NCBI RefSeq assembly: GCF_000392435.1
Contig: NC_021219.1
Location: forward strand, 420,001-452,000
DNA from: Candidatus Saccharimonas aalborgensis
Lineage (GTDB): Bacteria; Patescibacteriota; Saccharimonadia; Saccharimonadales; Saccharimonadaceae
Direction: 5' to 3'
Length of the DNA stretch: 32,000 nucleotides
In this document: positions 18,186 to 27,415 of the stretch, one piece after another
Layout of the letters: the number at the start of each line of letters is the position of its first letter
Numbering within the stretch: position 1 is the stretch's first letter
The notes under the pieces: generated by a model
The model's database searches: none
What the model saw: the letters and a program-made list of their open reading frames with translations, nothing else
What the model was told of the DNA's origin: nothing
Position numbers and translations under genes: made by a program

Positions 18186-19376
18186 CTAGTGATAAGGATC
18201 GAGGGTAGCTTGCACTTTTTGTTCTTTGCCGTCTCGTATAATGCTAAGTTCAACCACGTCACCGACTGCCCGCCTCCCGACGAGAGAGGTGAGGCTATGT
18301 GTCTCATCAATCGATATGCCGTCAACTTTCGTGATAACATCTTTTTCTTTTAGGCCGGCCTTTTCAGCTGGACTACCGCCGATGATCGCCGACCCGCCGT
18401 GACTCGACAGTAAATAAGCACCGCGTTTTACCGACAATGTATAGGTCGACGCCACTTCATCAGTCAACGCAACATATCGCACGCCGAGATACGGCCGTTC
18501 AAACTTACCTGTTTTTATGACACTGGCTATCAGCCCCTTTACGTCGTCGATAGGGATAGCAAATCCAATATTTTCTGCTGAGCCGCTCGCTACTGCCGTG
18601 TTGATACCGATTACTTCACTATTCATGTTAACGAGCGGACCACCCGAATTACCAGAGTTAATTGCTGCGTCAGTTTGCAACAAATTTTGAAGCAATTCGC
18701 TCTGCGATCCACCTTCATTTCCGGCCTCAATACTCCGACCGTACCCAGACAAAATACCCGCCGTGACCGTATTTTGGAACTGGCCCAGTGCGTTACCTAT
18801 CGCCACTACTTTGTCACCCACCTGCAGACTCGACGAACTACCAAGTGTGGCAGGATGGAGTGATTTTCCTTTTGTGTTGTTGATCTTTAGGATGGCAATA
18901 TCGAGTGAATCGTCTGAACCTGTTCTTCCCACCACTGTGACATCATCGAGAACACTCCCATCTGATAGTGTAATCGACACCTTGGTGGCATCAGCGTCAA
19001 CCACATGACGGTTTGTCACAACATACCCATTATCGCTGACGATGATCCCCGTCCCTGCACTTTGCTGTGAATAGGCAATATCACGGCCAAAAAAATCATT
19101 CTGTGTTGCGCGGCTTGTCACGTTGATTGAGACCACGCTCTCGCCGACAGTCTTTGCAAGCGCACTGATATGTTGACCTTCTTCGACGGTGACTTGTCTG
19201 GTAAGCTGGCTGCTCGTGGCTGGTACAAATAAACGCGTCGCCACAATCCCGCCACCAAACCCGCAGAGCGTACTGACACCAATGATGACAATTGTATAGA
19301 GCAGTGGAAACCTGTGAGGATGACGATGACGTCTGGGACCAGCGGTTGATTGTGAAGAAAGTGGAGAGTTGTCCAT
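18186..19376 (-). CDS. htrA: HtrA/DegP-like membrane-anchored serine protease with PDZ domain
   Basis: Triad motifs 'GYVVTNRHVVD', 'DDSLDIAILKI' and 'NSGNSGGPL'; one PDZ; N-terminal TM. Start trimmed from 19439 to internal ATG 19376 to avoid overlap with the upstream gene. Confidence 0.93.
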   Translation of the reverse strand: MDNSPLSSQSTAGPRRHRHPHRFPLLYTIVIIGVSTLCGFGGGIVATRLFVPATSSQLTRQVTVEEGQHISALAKTVGESVVSINVTSRATQNDFFGRDIAYSQQSAGTGIIVSDNGYVVTNRHVVDADATKVSITLSDGSVLDDVTVVGRTGSDDSLDIAILKINNTKGKSLHPATLGSSSSLQVGDKVVAIGNALGQFQNTVTAGILSGYGRSIEAGNEGGSQSELLQNLLQTDAAINSGNSGGPLVNMNSEVIGINTAVASGSAENIGFAIPIDDVKGLIASVIKTGKFERPYLGVRYVALTDEVASTYTLSVKRGAYLLSSHGGSAIIGGSPAEKAGLKEKDVITKVDGISIDETHSLTSLVGRRAVGDVVELSIIRDGKEQKVQATLDPYH

Positions 19377-19383
19377 CACATTA

Positions 19384-20520
19384 TCACCTACGCTTAGTGT
19401 CATGTTTTTTTGTATGCGTTTCTTCAATCGGCTCTTCATCTATGCTGGTCGGTATGTCATCAAGGAGGACTTTTCCGAGGGTATAGACATAGACAATGTC
19501 ATCGCGGACAATCAAGAATCTTGTTGCTTCATTTCCTGCTGGCGTCGCAACGATCGGTACTTTTAGTTCCTCCTCTAGATTGAGCATATCGTCGAAAGTC
19601 TGAACTGGTACCATGGTCTTACCTGCAATTGCAGCAGGCTGGCTCGCGCGGATGATGATACCATCGTGGTACCGATAGATTTTTTCGAGCTCTCGCTGGT
19701 AGGCTGATTTAAATATCTGTCTGCGCATGCCATACACTATCGCCATGAGACCAAACGCCGTTAGAATGCCCATGATAATTCGCTCATAATTTTTTGTCAT
19801 ATCTTGCCCTGACTTCATCGCCTGTGTGACAACTTGTTTCTTGTCTTCTTTTTCAAACTTGGTCGCAAATCGATAAATTGGCTGGTCCAGTGGCATCGTG
19901 ACCGTCGCGACTCTGATGTCGTCGAACCGTGTTCCATCAATCGAACCAGAAACGTGAACTGTAAAGGCAATTGTAACTTCCGAAGTAGCCGGCAGGGAAA
20001 GTGCTTGCTTCATTTGATTGACCATTTTTCGATAGTCTGCAAATGGTATCGATACCGAAGGGTCAAATGTAAGGTCAGAAGTTGTCACCACAGACGTGAC
20101 TGGCTTAATAAGCGAGTACTCTTTTGACCAGACGGTCGATATGTCCTTGCTGTCAGCTCCAAACATATACTGATAACGAACCGTTGCCGTCGCACCATAC
20201 AGTGTCGTCAATTCTACCGGCCGAGCGCTATGATACTTATAGTGAAGTGTTGCCTTTACCTCGTCAGTCAGGTCTGCGACATAGGCGGTGTTATTTGCAG
20301 CTGGTCCCTTATCATAAAAACTACTATTAAAATAGCTGACTCCCGTATCTACTGCCTGATTTACGGTGTAGTCGTAGCCGGTAGGGCTCACGGGAGTTGC
20401 GTCACTAGTATGCCCTAGGTCATAAAACAGCAACGCCGCACAAACAAGTAGCAACATCCCCAATAATACAAATCCAAATGACCGCTGAGAATGTTCTGGA
20501 TTTGCTATATCAAGTGCCAT
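19384..20520 (-). CDS. DUF5305-like membrane protein
   Basis: Two TMs flanking a beta-rich domain: 'VADLTDEVKATLHYKYHSARPVELTTLYGATATVRYQY...TVWSKEYSLI'. Genomic pairing with signal peptidase I fits this family. Confidence 0.65.
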   Translation of the reverse strand: MALDIANPEHSQRSFGFVLLGMLLLVCAALLFYDLGHTSDATPVSPTGYDYTVNQAVDTGVSYFNSSFYDKGPAANNTAYVADLTDEVKATLHYKYHSARPVELTTLYGATATVRYQYMFGADSKDISTVWSKEYSLIKPVTSVVTTSDLTFDPSVSIPFADYRKMVNQMKQALSLPATSEVTIAFTVHVSGSIDGTRFDDIRVATVTMPLDQPIYRFATKFEKEDKKQVVTQAMKSGQDMTKNYERIIMGILTAFGLMAIVYGMRRQIFKSAYQRELEKIYRYHDGIIIRASQPAAIAGKTMVPVQTFDDMLNLEEELKVPIVATPAGNEATRFLIVRDDIVYVYTLGKVLLDDIPTSIDEEPIEETHTKKHDTKRR

Positions 20521-20535
20521 GCCGTCCCTTTCTTT

Positions 20536-21699
20536 TTACTTTGCAAATTCCTTGAGCCAGACACTTGGGTATCCGACATAAGGTACCTGAGCACGTACAA
20601 TGCCGACGATCTGATCTGCCTGCACCGGCATGTCGGGGCTCGGGCTATTGTCGCCTTGCGTCAGAAAAACGCGTTTCCCTGATCCATCCGACGTGAAGTC
20701 GATCGCAATCACGCGGTGGGTCGTTGAGTGGCCCGTTGCTTCATATTGTACGATATCTCCTACCTGGACGTCCATCGGATTCGCCTTTTGCACAATCACA
20801 ACTGCTCCTCTCTCATAAACTGGTTTCATGCTATTACTCATGATTACTTGGGGCCGATAACTAAACGCTCCCGTCATGAAACTAATAAGCGCAATCATTA
20901 CTATGACGAAAGCAATGTTTTGAGTGTCACGCGCCCGTTGATGATGCCGGGTCGGCTCGGCTATATCATGTCGGTTTCGATCAATGGCGATATACACGCC
21001 AACCGCCAGTGCCGTCCAGGCAATACCCGTCATATACCAATCATACTTAGGGATGATAGGGGGCACAAACATCACGGCAATAACTCCCAGTCGATACGTA
21101 AGCTGCGAACCAAGTCCCGCCGTAAACGCGAGATACGTCAAAAGGACGCTGCTCGCAAATGCAGGTACGAGGCTAGACACGGTTATTTTTGTGAAATCCG
21201 CGATTGAGGCTGCATTATCAAACTGGGAAAAGCTGATTTGTTGAACGGAAAATAACGTGCCAATGATAACACCAAGCCACACAACGTTGCGTCTCCCCCC
21301 TAATAGCATAATTCCGTGTCGTACATACTCTAAGGCGGCAGCCGTAACACCAAATGTGGCAAGATTTATCACAACCGTCTGCCAGTTAACTGCTACTGCA
21401 TTATTTACATAGGTGACCGCTAAACCAGACAAGAAGTAGAGAACAAACCAAACCGATAATACCGAGCTAATGATGAGGCTTTTCTCTGCCTTATGGCGCA
21501 CTCGATCATGTTGTCCGCGGGTCACTTGACGAGTAATGAGTGCTGTGGCCGTAACCAATATCGGCTGCAACACACTGAGCGAAATCGATGCGCTAATTAT
21601 TCCGACGCGCTCGAGTATAACCGGAAGCAAAATAGCGATCAGCGCCAATAGGCACAAATACCATACTACAACCTTGATGGTCCGAGCCTTCCGAAACAT
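20536..21699 (-). CDS. Multi-TM signal peptidase I (S26B, archaeal/SipW type, Ser-His)
   Basis: C-terminal catalytic region 'VIMSNSMKPVYERGAVVIVQKANPMDVQVGDIVQYEATGHSTTHRVIAI...GDNSPSPDMPV' has Ser in 'SNSMKP' and His in 'TTHRV' instead of Lys; about seven N-terminal TMs precede it. Confidence 0.9.
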   Translation of the reverse strand: MFRKARTIKVVVWYLCLLALIAILLPVILERVGIISASISLSVLQPILVTATALITRQVTRGQHDRVRHKAEKSLIISSVLSVWFVLYFLSGLAVTYVNNAVAVNWQTVVINLATFGVTAAALEYVRHGIMLLGGRRNVVWLGVIIGTLFSVQQISFSQFDNAASIADFTKITVSSLVPAFASSVLLTYLAFTAGLGSQLTYRLGVIAVMFVPPIIPKYDWYMTGIAWTALAVGVYIAIDRNRHDIAEPTRHHQRARDTQNIAFVIVMIALISFMTGAFSYRPQVIMSNSMKPVYERGAVVIVQKANPMDVQVGDIVQYEATGHSTTHRVIAIDFTSDGSGKRVFLTQGDNSPSPDMPVQADQIVGIVRAQVPYVGYPSVWLKEFAK

Positions 21700-22511
21700 T
21701 AGGCTTTACCCTTCACCGCTGCTCCGGTCGTTGTCCATGTTGTCATTGTAGAAGTGACTGAGGTCGAAAATGAGTATTGTGACCCGTTAGCGATTGGTAT
21801 GGCCGCCCCAGTATACGTCAGTACCGTTGATGTGCAGGTGTACGTTACTCCAGCCGGCACAGTCGATGTGCAAGTCTTTGTCGTTGGAATTGTGACCCGC
21901 CAACCACTGATCGGCTGACCCGAATTATTCGTGATTACTACCGACAGTGGAAACGCACCACCGCTTTTTGGCGACGCGGTGGCGGCCACAGTAAGCCCAG
22001 GAATTGCCACATACGCAGTTGAGTACGTCGCAGAGATATTAACGTTTTGGGGCGTGTAGTATGCGACAGTACTTGTAAATCTAATCGAGTTAGAGGTGTT
22101 ATTTATGGTGCTTGATGCACCGGCAGCGATAGTGACTGTGCGAGTAATCGTTACGACATGAGTCGTATTATTGATAGTACACGCCACGGTAGTCGGACAA
22201 GTGATCGCTGTAGTATCGTTTGGCACAGTAAATTGTACTTGCCAAGCAGTGATTGAGGTCACACCATTATTTTTTATGACAAAGGGGTTAAGCTTGTAGG
22301 TATATACGCCGGCTGCAAACGTTGCTGTCTTGGTATAGGTAACGGTTGTATAATTATTTGAAATGTAAGCGACACTCGATACAGCGGTATCAACCGAAAG
22401 CTGTTGGCTGAACAAAGCATAGGTTGTGCTCACTACCAATAGAGGCATCGCGAGGAGGAGCCCCATTTGCCGAATTGCCGCTCTGTATTTTTCTCGACGT
22501 CGCTTCCCCAC
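21699..22511 (-). CDS. Exported protein with SipW-type signal and CBM/Ig-like domains
   Basis: 'LLLAMPLLVVSTTYALFSQQLSV' SipW-like signal; two beta modules with 'SITAWQVQFTVP' and 'PISGWRVTIPTT'. Stop overlaps the signal peptidase start (TAATG). Confidence 0.75.
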   Translation of the reverse strand: MGKRRREKYRAAIRQMGLLLAMPLLVVSTTYALFSQQLSVDTAVSSVAYISNNYTTVTYTKTATFAAGVYTYKLNPFVIKNNGVTSITAWQVQFTVPNDTTAITCPTTVACTINNTTHVVTITRTVTIAAGASSTINNTSNSIRFTSTVAYYTPQNVNISATYSTAYVAIPGLTVAATASPKSGGAFPLSVVITNNSGQPISGWRVTIPTTKTCTSTVPAGVTYTCTSTVLTYTGAAIPIANGSQYSFSTSVTSTMTTWTTTGAAVKGKA

Positions 22512-22525
22512 CGCTACTGATTCCG

Positions 22526-23023
22526 TTAATTTTGAACGTAATTAAAGGTAATCGTCGCTGCTTTGTTGGCGCCGCTCGGGTTTGTCGAAGCACTAGCAGC
22601 CCATGTCACACTGATGGTAGCGGTTGTGGAAGCGTTGGGAGCCAAGGTATCGTTGACCGCTACACCACTGATTGCATACGTCAGGTAGGTTGGCGCGCCG
22701 CTGTTGATGGCGGTCAGGTTGGTGATAGTGCTCAACTTTGCGTTGATGTTGCCCTTGTTTTTGATGACGACTTGGTATGACGACGTTGCGCCAGGGTACG
22801 CTAGGTCGACATTAAACGTCGCTGAGGTAGCCGTAAATGATGGTGTACTGGCATGATCGGTGGCACCGACCTGTCCGGTGGGCGTGATACTGATGATTTC
22901 TACTGCCCAGTTACCAGTAGCAGTACCGGTACCATTGACAGTGAGTGTTGTCGCAAACGATGCGTACGCGATCGACGCCGCCGAGACGAGCACGATTGCG
23001 AGTGATATAATTTTGTTTCTCAA
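22526..23023 (-). CDS. TasA/camelysin-like SipW-dependent small exported protein (paralog A)
   Basis: TTG start at 23023 inferred by alignment to the neighbouring paralog (RNKIISLAIVLVSAASIAYASFATTLTVNGTG vs MRNKIVAAALVLVAVASVAYAAFSQNLTINGTG). Confidence 0.8.
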   Translation of the reverse strand: MRNKIISLAIVLVSAASIAYASFATTLTVNGTGTATGNWAVEIISITPTGQVGATDHASTPSFTATSATFNVDLAYPGATSSYQVVIKNKGNINAKLSTITNLTAINSGAPTYLTYAISGVAVNDTLAPNASTTATISVTWAASASTNPSGANKAATITFNYVQN

Positions 23024-23066
23024 CGAGATGTTTCCTTTTGTATATTGTGTCCTATACCTATCTAGA

Positions 23067-23095
23067 ATTATACTCCTCTCCTCTCCTTGAGACAA
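23067..23095 (-). promoter_or_regulatory. Sigma70-type promoter TTGTCT-N17-TATAAT (minus strand)
   Basis: Minus-strand -35 TTGTCT at 23095-23090, 17-nt spacer, perfect TATAAT at 23072-23067; predicted TSS ~23060. Confidence 0.7.
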
Positions 23096-23103
23096 CAAAC
23101 AAA

Positions 23104-23134
23104 CCGTGTCCTCTCATCAGTCGAGAGGACACGG
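23104..23134 (-). terminator. Rho-independent terminator between the two TasA-like paralogs
   Basis: Perfect 12-bp stem CCGTGTCCTCTC/GAGAGGACACGG, 7-nt loop, followed on the minus strand by TTTGTTTGTTGT. Confidence 0.85.
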
Positions 23135-23156
23135 GAAACGTAGCTATACGTTGTTT

Positions 23157-23660
23157 TTAGGTGTTCTGAGCAAAGCCGTAGGTGATTGTTGCGTTCTTTG
23201 TCACGGTCGTTACATTAGTAGTCGCGGTGCCAAGCCAGGTGACGGTAACTGTAGCAGTCACCGTGCTACCGGGGGTCAATGGATCATCAACCGCTGGACC
23301 GGTAACGGTAAACTTAACATCGGCAGGATCTGCTGCATTTGTTGCGACCAAATCAGGAATGGAGCTCACCTTTGCGTTGATATTGCCCTTGTTTTTCATG
23401 ACGACATCATACGTAGCCGTCGCGCCAGGGTAGGCCAAGTCAACGTTGAAAGTAGCTGATGTTGCATTAAATGAAGGGGCAACGTTATTGTGATCACTTT
23501 CGCCTGTACCCGAGGTCTTTGTAATACTTATGATCTCGACGCTCCAGTTACCAGATGCGTTTCCCGTACCATTGATCGTAAGGTTTTGTGAAAATGCTGC
23601 ATACGCCACGGACGCAACGGCGACGAGGACGAGTGCGGCAGCGACAATTTTGTTTCTCAT
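23157..23660 (-). CDS. TasA/camelysin-like SipW-dependent small exported protein (paralog B)
   Basis: 167 aa; SipW-type signal; shares 'NWSVEIISIT', 'PSFNATSATFNVDLAYPGATATYDVVMKNKGNINAKVSSI' with paralog A; AAGGA RBS. Confidence 0.85.
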   Translation of the reverse strand: MRNKIVAAALVLVAVASVAYAAFSQNLTINGTGNASGNWSVEIISITKTSGTGESDHNNVAPSFNATSATFNVDLAYPGATATYDVVMKNKGNINAKVSSIPDLVATNAADPADVKFTVTGPAVDDPLTPGSTVTATVTVTWLGTATTNVTTVTKNATITYGFAQNT

Positions 23661-23767
23661 ACAGAATGGTTCCTTTTATGTTTAGTTGTGTATACTAGTA
23701 GCATACATTATCTTTGCATAACCAACAAGTGACCAGCGTGATACCCGTCGCGATACAGCTAGTTTCC

Positions 23768-24571
23768 TTAGCTGCGGCGTTCCCGAACGAGCTGGAGACA
23801 CAAGGTAATCAGCACGGGCAGGACGATACTCAGCGTAATGATTGTTCCGGGGTATCTCCCGTTGAAGCCATCAGGTGATACGTGCTTGAGTAGTATGCCG
23901 CCAAACGCCCATACAAATACAGTGAGGTACGCCGCATCGCGATTTCGTAGTGCCGTGATGATGCCGATTGTCGCTGCAACCAAAAGCATCGCAACCATCC
24001 ACGTACTTGCTTTGATACCAAATCCATTCCAATTGACGCTCACGAGAAATGTAGTTATATTTGCAACAGTAGCGACGGTTATCCACCCAAAATAGACACT
24101 GAAGGGGAGTTTTGTCTGTACGTATTCGACACCACTAACCCGTTGACTCCTTAGCAGGTCAGCAATCTTGATAAGAGTGGCTAGCAACGCAATCATCAAT
24201 AACACACTGAGCCACAGTACCTTATACTGCCACGCAAGTATCCACATACCGTTAAGAGCGAGGTTGATGGTGAGTAGTTTTGTCACATCGGTGAGCGCAT
24301 CGATGGTCAGTGTCGACTTTTTTGACCGACCGATACCAAAGACATACAGGATAAATCCAGCAACGAGCAGGTATATCACTCCCCAGATTGCAAACGTCAC
24401 TCCTGCTGGCGCAAACAAATTAGGGAAACTGTCAGAAACCTGTGCGGTATTCACTCCGCCGAGCACCGTAGTGCTACCCGCTAGACCATTGAGTACCATC
24501 GTAACAGCAAATGTTGCCGCCAGTCCCCAGCTCCATTTTTTCTCAACACGTTTTTTCTTGTTCCAGATCAT
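23768..24571 (-). CDS. TspO/MBR (tryptophan-rich sensory protein)-like membrane protein
   Basis: 'FPNLFAPAGVTFAIWGVIYLLVAGFILY' plus multiple Trp-rich TMs; RBS AAGGAG. Confidence 0.6.
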   Translation of the reverse strand: MIWNKKKRVEKKWSWGLAATFAVTMVLNGLAGSTTVLGGVNTAQVSDSFPNLFAPAGVTFAIWGVIYLLVAGFILYVFGIGRSKKSTLTIDALTDVTKLLTINLALNGMWILAWQYKVLWLSVLLMIALLATLIKIADLLRSQRVSGVEYVQTKLPFSVYFGWITVATVANITTFLVSVNWNGFGIKASTWMVAMLLVAATIGIITALRNRDAAYLTVFVWAFGGILLKHVSPDGFNGRYPGTIITLSIVLPVLITLCLQLVRERRS

Positions 24572-24596
24572 ATAAACTCCTTATGGCTATAGAATA

Positions 24597-25079
24597 TCAC
24601 AGTGCGAGAAGTGTTTCGATATCACCGACAAGTGACGCCGGTGATGTTGTCGGCGCAAAGCGTCGTATTTTCTCGCCGTCGCGGGCCACCAAAAACTTGG
24701 TGAAATTCCACTTTATTTCTTTGCCAAGTGTTGCGTTACTGTGATCTTTTAGGTAGCGAAACACCGGGTGAGTGTGGGGACCATTCACCATAATTTTTTC
24801 ACTAAGCAAGAATGTTACCCCAAAATCTCGTTTACACACTGACACGAGCGTGTCATTTGTCTCGGGCTCTTGAGAGGCAAATTGATCACACGGAAAACCG
24901 ATCACTACTAATCCCTGGTCCTTGTATCGTTGGTAAAGCGCTTCAAGTTCCTCAAATTGCGGTGCGAGACCACACTTTGTCGCCGTATTCACAAGCAATA
25001 GTACCTTGCTCCTAAAACCAGCGAGTAATGTTGTCGCACCAACAGTATCTCGAAACGTTAGAGAATAGATGTCGCTCAC
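24597..25079 (-). CDS. Glutathione peroxidase family (thiol peroxidase)
   Basis: 'VNTATKCGLAPQFEELEALYQRYKDQGLVVIGFPCDQFASQEP' and 'KWNFTKFLV' give the Cys, Gln, Trp and Asn positions. Confidence 0.92.
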   Translation of the reverse strand: MSDIYSLTFRDTVGATTLLAGFRSKVLLLVNTATKCGLAPQFEELEALYQRYKDQGLVVIGFPCDQFASQEPETNDTLVSVCKRDFGVTFLLSEKIMVNGPHTHPVFRYLKDHSNATLGKEIKWNFTKFLVARDGEKIRRFAPTTSPASLVGDIETLLAL

Positions 25080-25080
25080 G

Positions 25081-25584
25081 TTACTCGCTCACCTCAACCT
25101 CAAAGTAGTCTTGAGGTAAAAATCCAAAAGCCTTAGCAACTAGCATATGCGGAAATATACTAAGCAAGTGATTATATTCAGAGACAGCAGCATTATAGAG
25201 TAACCGTTCGCCTTGAATGCCGTCTTCTATATTGACAAGCTCGTCGATAATTTTTTGAAAGTTCTGCTGCGCCCTCATAGCTGGATATGCTTCAATACAT
25301 TGCACAATATTTTTTTGCAAAGCAGACTCCGCCTTGCCGGTTTCTTGTACATCACCGTTTCTCGCTGCTGCGATACTTTGTTGAACATTCAGCTCAAAAT
25401 CACTCGACGCTTGAGTAGCAGAGATAAGACGCGGTACTACCGCATGTCGCTTTGCTAGGACCGTCATTATGTTTGCCCATAATTCTCCGACGATAACGTA
25501 GCGTTTACGTAGTTGGTTATATACTACAATTATTGCAATCACTTCCAGCACCGTAAAGGCAATAAACAAGTAGACAACTACCAT
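25081..25584 (-). CDS. lemA: LemA family protein
   Basis: 'YNQLRKRYVIVGELWANIMTVLAKRHAVVPRLI', 'AESALQKNI...YPAMRAQQNFQKIIDELVNIEDGIQGERLLYNAAVSEYN'. Start trimmed from 25656 to ATG 25584 with GAGGAAATT upstream. Confidence 0.88.
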   Translation of the reverse strand: MVVVYLFIAFTVLEVIAIIVVYNQLRKRYVIVGELWANIMTVLAKRHAVVPRLISATQASSDFELNVQQSIAAARNGDVQETGKAESALQKNIVQCIEAYPAMRAQQNFQKIIDELVNIEDGIQGERLLYNAAVSEYNHLLSIFPHMLVAKAFGFLPQDYFEVEVSE

Positions 25585-26684
25585 AATTTCCTCGCGACCA
25601 TAGTGTCTCGCACCTTCAGCCAGCGCGCTACCAACGTGTACATAATTGCTATCCATACTGGGCCCAGTAGCGCACCGACAGATGCCTTATCACCCAAAAA
25701 TACGAGAGCGAGGAGCAACATCGCAACGATATATATCGCTGCACCGGCACCGAGGCTCCGCCGAACGGTAAACAAGTGCGGCACAGCCTGAAGTGCAGCT
25801 TCCAAGGGTATATTGTAATGACTGAAGCTTGGTACCGAATCTGCAAATAGTTTTCGGGCGCGCTTCACGACGATAGAACGGCACATTTCAATACTCTCTA
25901 AGAGAAGCTGTGTATCACTTGCGGAGTGCAAAGAGTGTATGTCTGTCATTACATACATTCTGCCGTTACTTACAAATACATCGCTCTGTGACATTCGTTT
26001 TACAAAATGCTGAGCAACATCGCTGGTGAAAAATTTTGCTGCTTTCGACAACTCAAGGTCTGCATATATATCTAGCACCTGATCACTTGCCCTATCTAGT
26101 ACAACTCGTTTGTGTCTTGGTAGTAGTAGTTTTCTCCCGATATGCCGTTCGATACTATAGGCATGTGAATCAACAAAAAAGTTTGGGAGTGTTGAATCGA
26201 CCTTTACCTCGATATATAGTGTACTTCCCAAAATATTCACCCTTGCCTCTGTCTGGTCATTAAACAATATGGCATACTGGCTTTGTGAATACAAACGAAG
26301 CGCTTCTTCAAGTTGCGATGCACGATGTGTCTTACGCAAACCTACAACAAAATAAACTACGCTTCTGTATACCAGGTGCAATACGATCCAGACAAGCGTA
26401 AACTCTAACAAGAAGGATGCTATGACTTCTAGTACATTATGCGTACCAAGTAGCATAGTGTGCTGATAAAAAGCACTCCCCGGAAATAGCCAGAACGTTC
26501 CATTTTGTATCTCGTAACGTATGACATCAAACGACCACTGTTCGGGAAAGCCAGCAAATGGAATATATGCCATTGCAAACGAAATCGCGACGGCAAAAAT
26601 AGCCGTGAGTGTTCCTAGCAGTCTCAACTTTCTCCTATGGCGAATAATCCCCCCGAATATCGCTTCATGGTCAATATTATTCAT
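25578..26684 (-). CDS. Hypothetical four-TM protein
   Basis: 368 aa; AAGGA RBS; 7-nt overlap with the LemA start. Confidence 0.75.
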   Translation of the reverse strand: MNNIDHEAIFGGIIRHRRKLRLLGTLTAIFAVAISFAMAYIPFAGFPEQWSFDVIRYEIQNGTFWLFPGSAFYQHTMLLGTHNVLEVIASFLLEFTLVWIVLHLVYRSVVYFVVGLRKTHRASQLEEALRLYSQSQYAILFNDQTEARVNILGSTLYIEVKVDSTLPNFFVDSHAYSIERHIGRKLLLPRHKRVVLDRASDQVLDIYADLELSKAAKFFTSDVAQHFVKRMSQSDVFVSNGRMYVMTDIHSLHSASDTQLLLESIEMCRSIVVKRARKLFADSVPSFSHYNIPLEAALQAVPHLFTVRRSLGAGAAIYIVAMLLLALVFLGDKASVGALLGPVWIAIMYTLVARWLKVRDTMVARKLW

Positions 26685-27339
26685 CTTTGATCCTTAATGA
26701 GTCGATTATTCGCTTCACAACTTCATCTTCACGTGACTCGACCTGTGAGTAAATGGTTAGCTCATATTGAGCAGTGTTCGTTGCAATCATCACAATCGTT
26801 TCTCTTCTGCTGAACATCTCCCCGATATACCGCCGTTCATCCTTTAGGGTCGAGGTATACCTAAGTTGTATAGCCTGGTACTTACCGACAGACACATCTC
26901 TCTTTTCCTTTGTAGTGAGTGTGTAGTCCGTATTCTTGTGCAATCTATCCTGCAAATCTTCTTTCTCTGCAAAATACTCCGCTGGCTGTTTACTATACGA
27001 ACGTATGCTAGTCTCAGAAAGAGATATCATAGGATCGGGTTGCGTTGCCTTTGGATTAAGCGTGCTATTCCGAAGCGTCCGCGGCAGACTCATCGTAGTA
27101 GATACCATACCCTCTCCGTAATCTTTCCTGCTGGCTACAACGTAGCCATTAGGATATTCAAACGTTAGTCGCCCATCGCTACTTGTAAACGTACGAAAAT
27201 CTGGCTGATTGATATATGAATCTATACCGTTCACCACACCCTGTACAAAAAGACTTAGGCCAACTGCAATACTGGCTGCTACCACGACAAGTACACTCAT
27301 TGAGAGAATGTTCAGCCTGAAGTGGTGTGTTTTATTCAT
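26677..27339 (-). CDS. Hypothetical membrane-anchored exported protein
   Basis: 220 aa; N-terminal TM; 'TSSDGRLTFEYPNGYVVASRK' extracellular domain; overlaps next gene by 8 nt. Confidence 0.75.
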   Translation of the reverse strand: MNKTHHFRLNILSMSVLVVVAASIAVGLSLFVQGVVNGIDSYINQPDFRTFTSSDGRLTFEYPNGYVVASRKDYGEGMVSTTMSLPRTLRNSTLNPKATQPDPMISLSETSIRSYSKQPAEYFAEKEDLQDRLHKNTDYTLTTKEKRDVSVGKYQAIQLRYTSTLKDERRYIGEMFSRRETIVMIATNTAQYELTIYSQVESREDEVVKRIIDSLRIKDE

Positions 27340-27347
27340 TGGGTATC

Positions 27348-27356
27348 ATTATACCA
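27348..27356 (-). promoter_or_regulatory. Extended -10 TGG-TATAAT (minus strand)
   Basis: Minus strand TGGTATAAT; predicted TSS ~27341, 2 nt before ATG 27339. Confidence 0.6.
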
Positions 27357-27406
27357 AGTCAAACGGAGTATGCCCATTGTGCTTGTGTCACATGACAATT
27401 CACTCA

Positions 27407-27415
27407 TGCTATACT
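27407..27415 (+). promoter_or_regulatory. Extended -10 TGC-TATACT (plus strand)
   Basis: TGCTATACT; predicted TSS ~27422, 1 nt before ATG 27423. Confidence 0.55.

Noticed and set aside
22424-22780. Plus-strand ORFs within the TasA-like genes (22424..22780, 23106..23459)
   Set aside because: Antisense to well-supported paralogs; their mutual similarity only mirrors the sense-strand homology.
25585-25656. N-terminal 24 residues of the LemA ORF
   Set aside because: Overlap the upstream membrane-protein CDS; a better RBS and TM start at ATG 25584.
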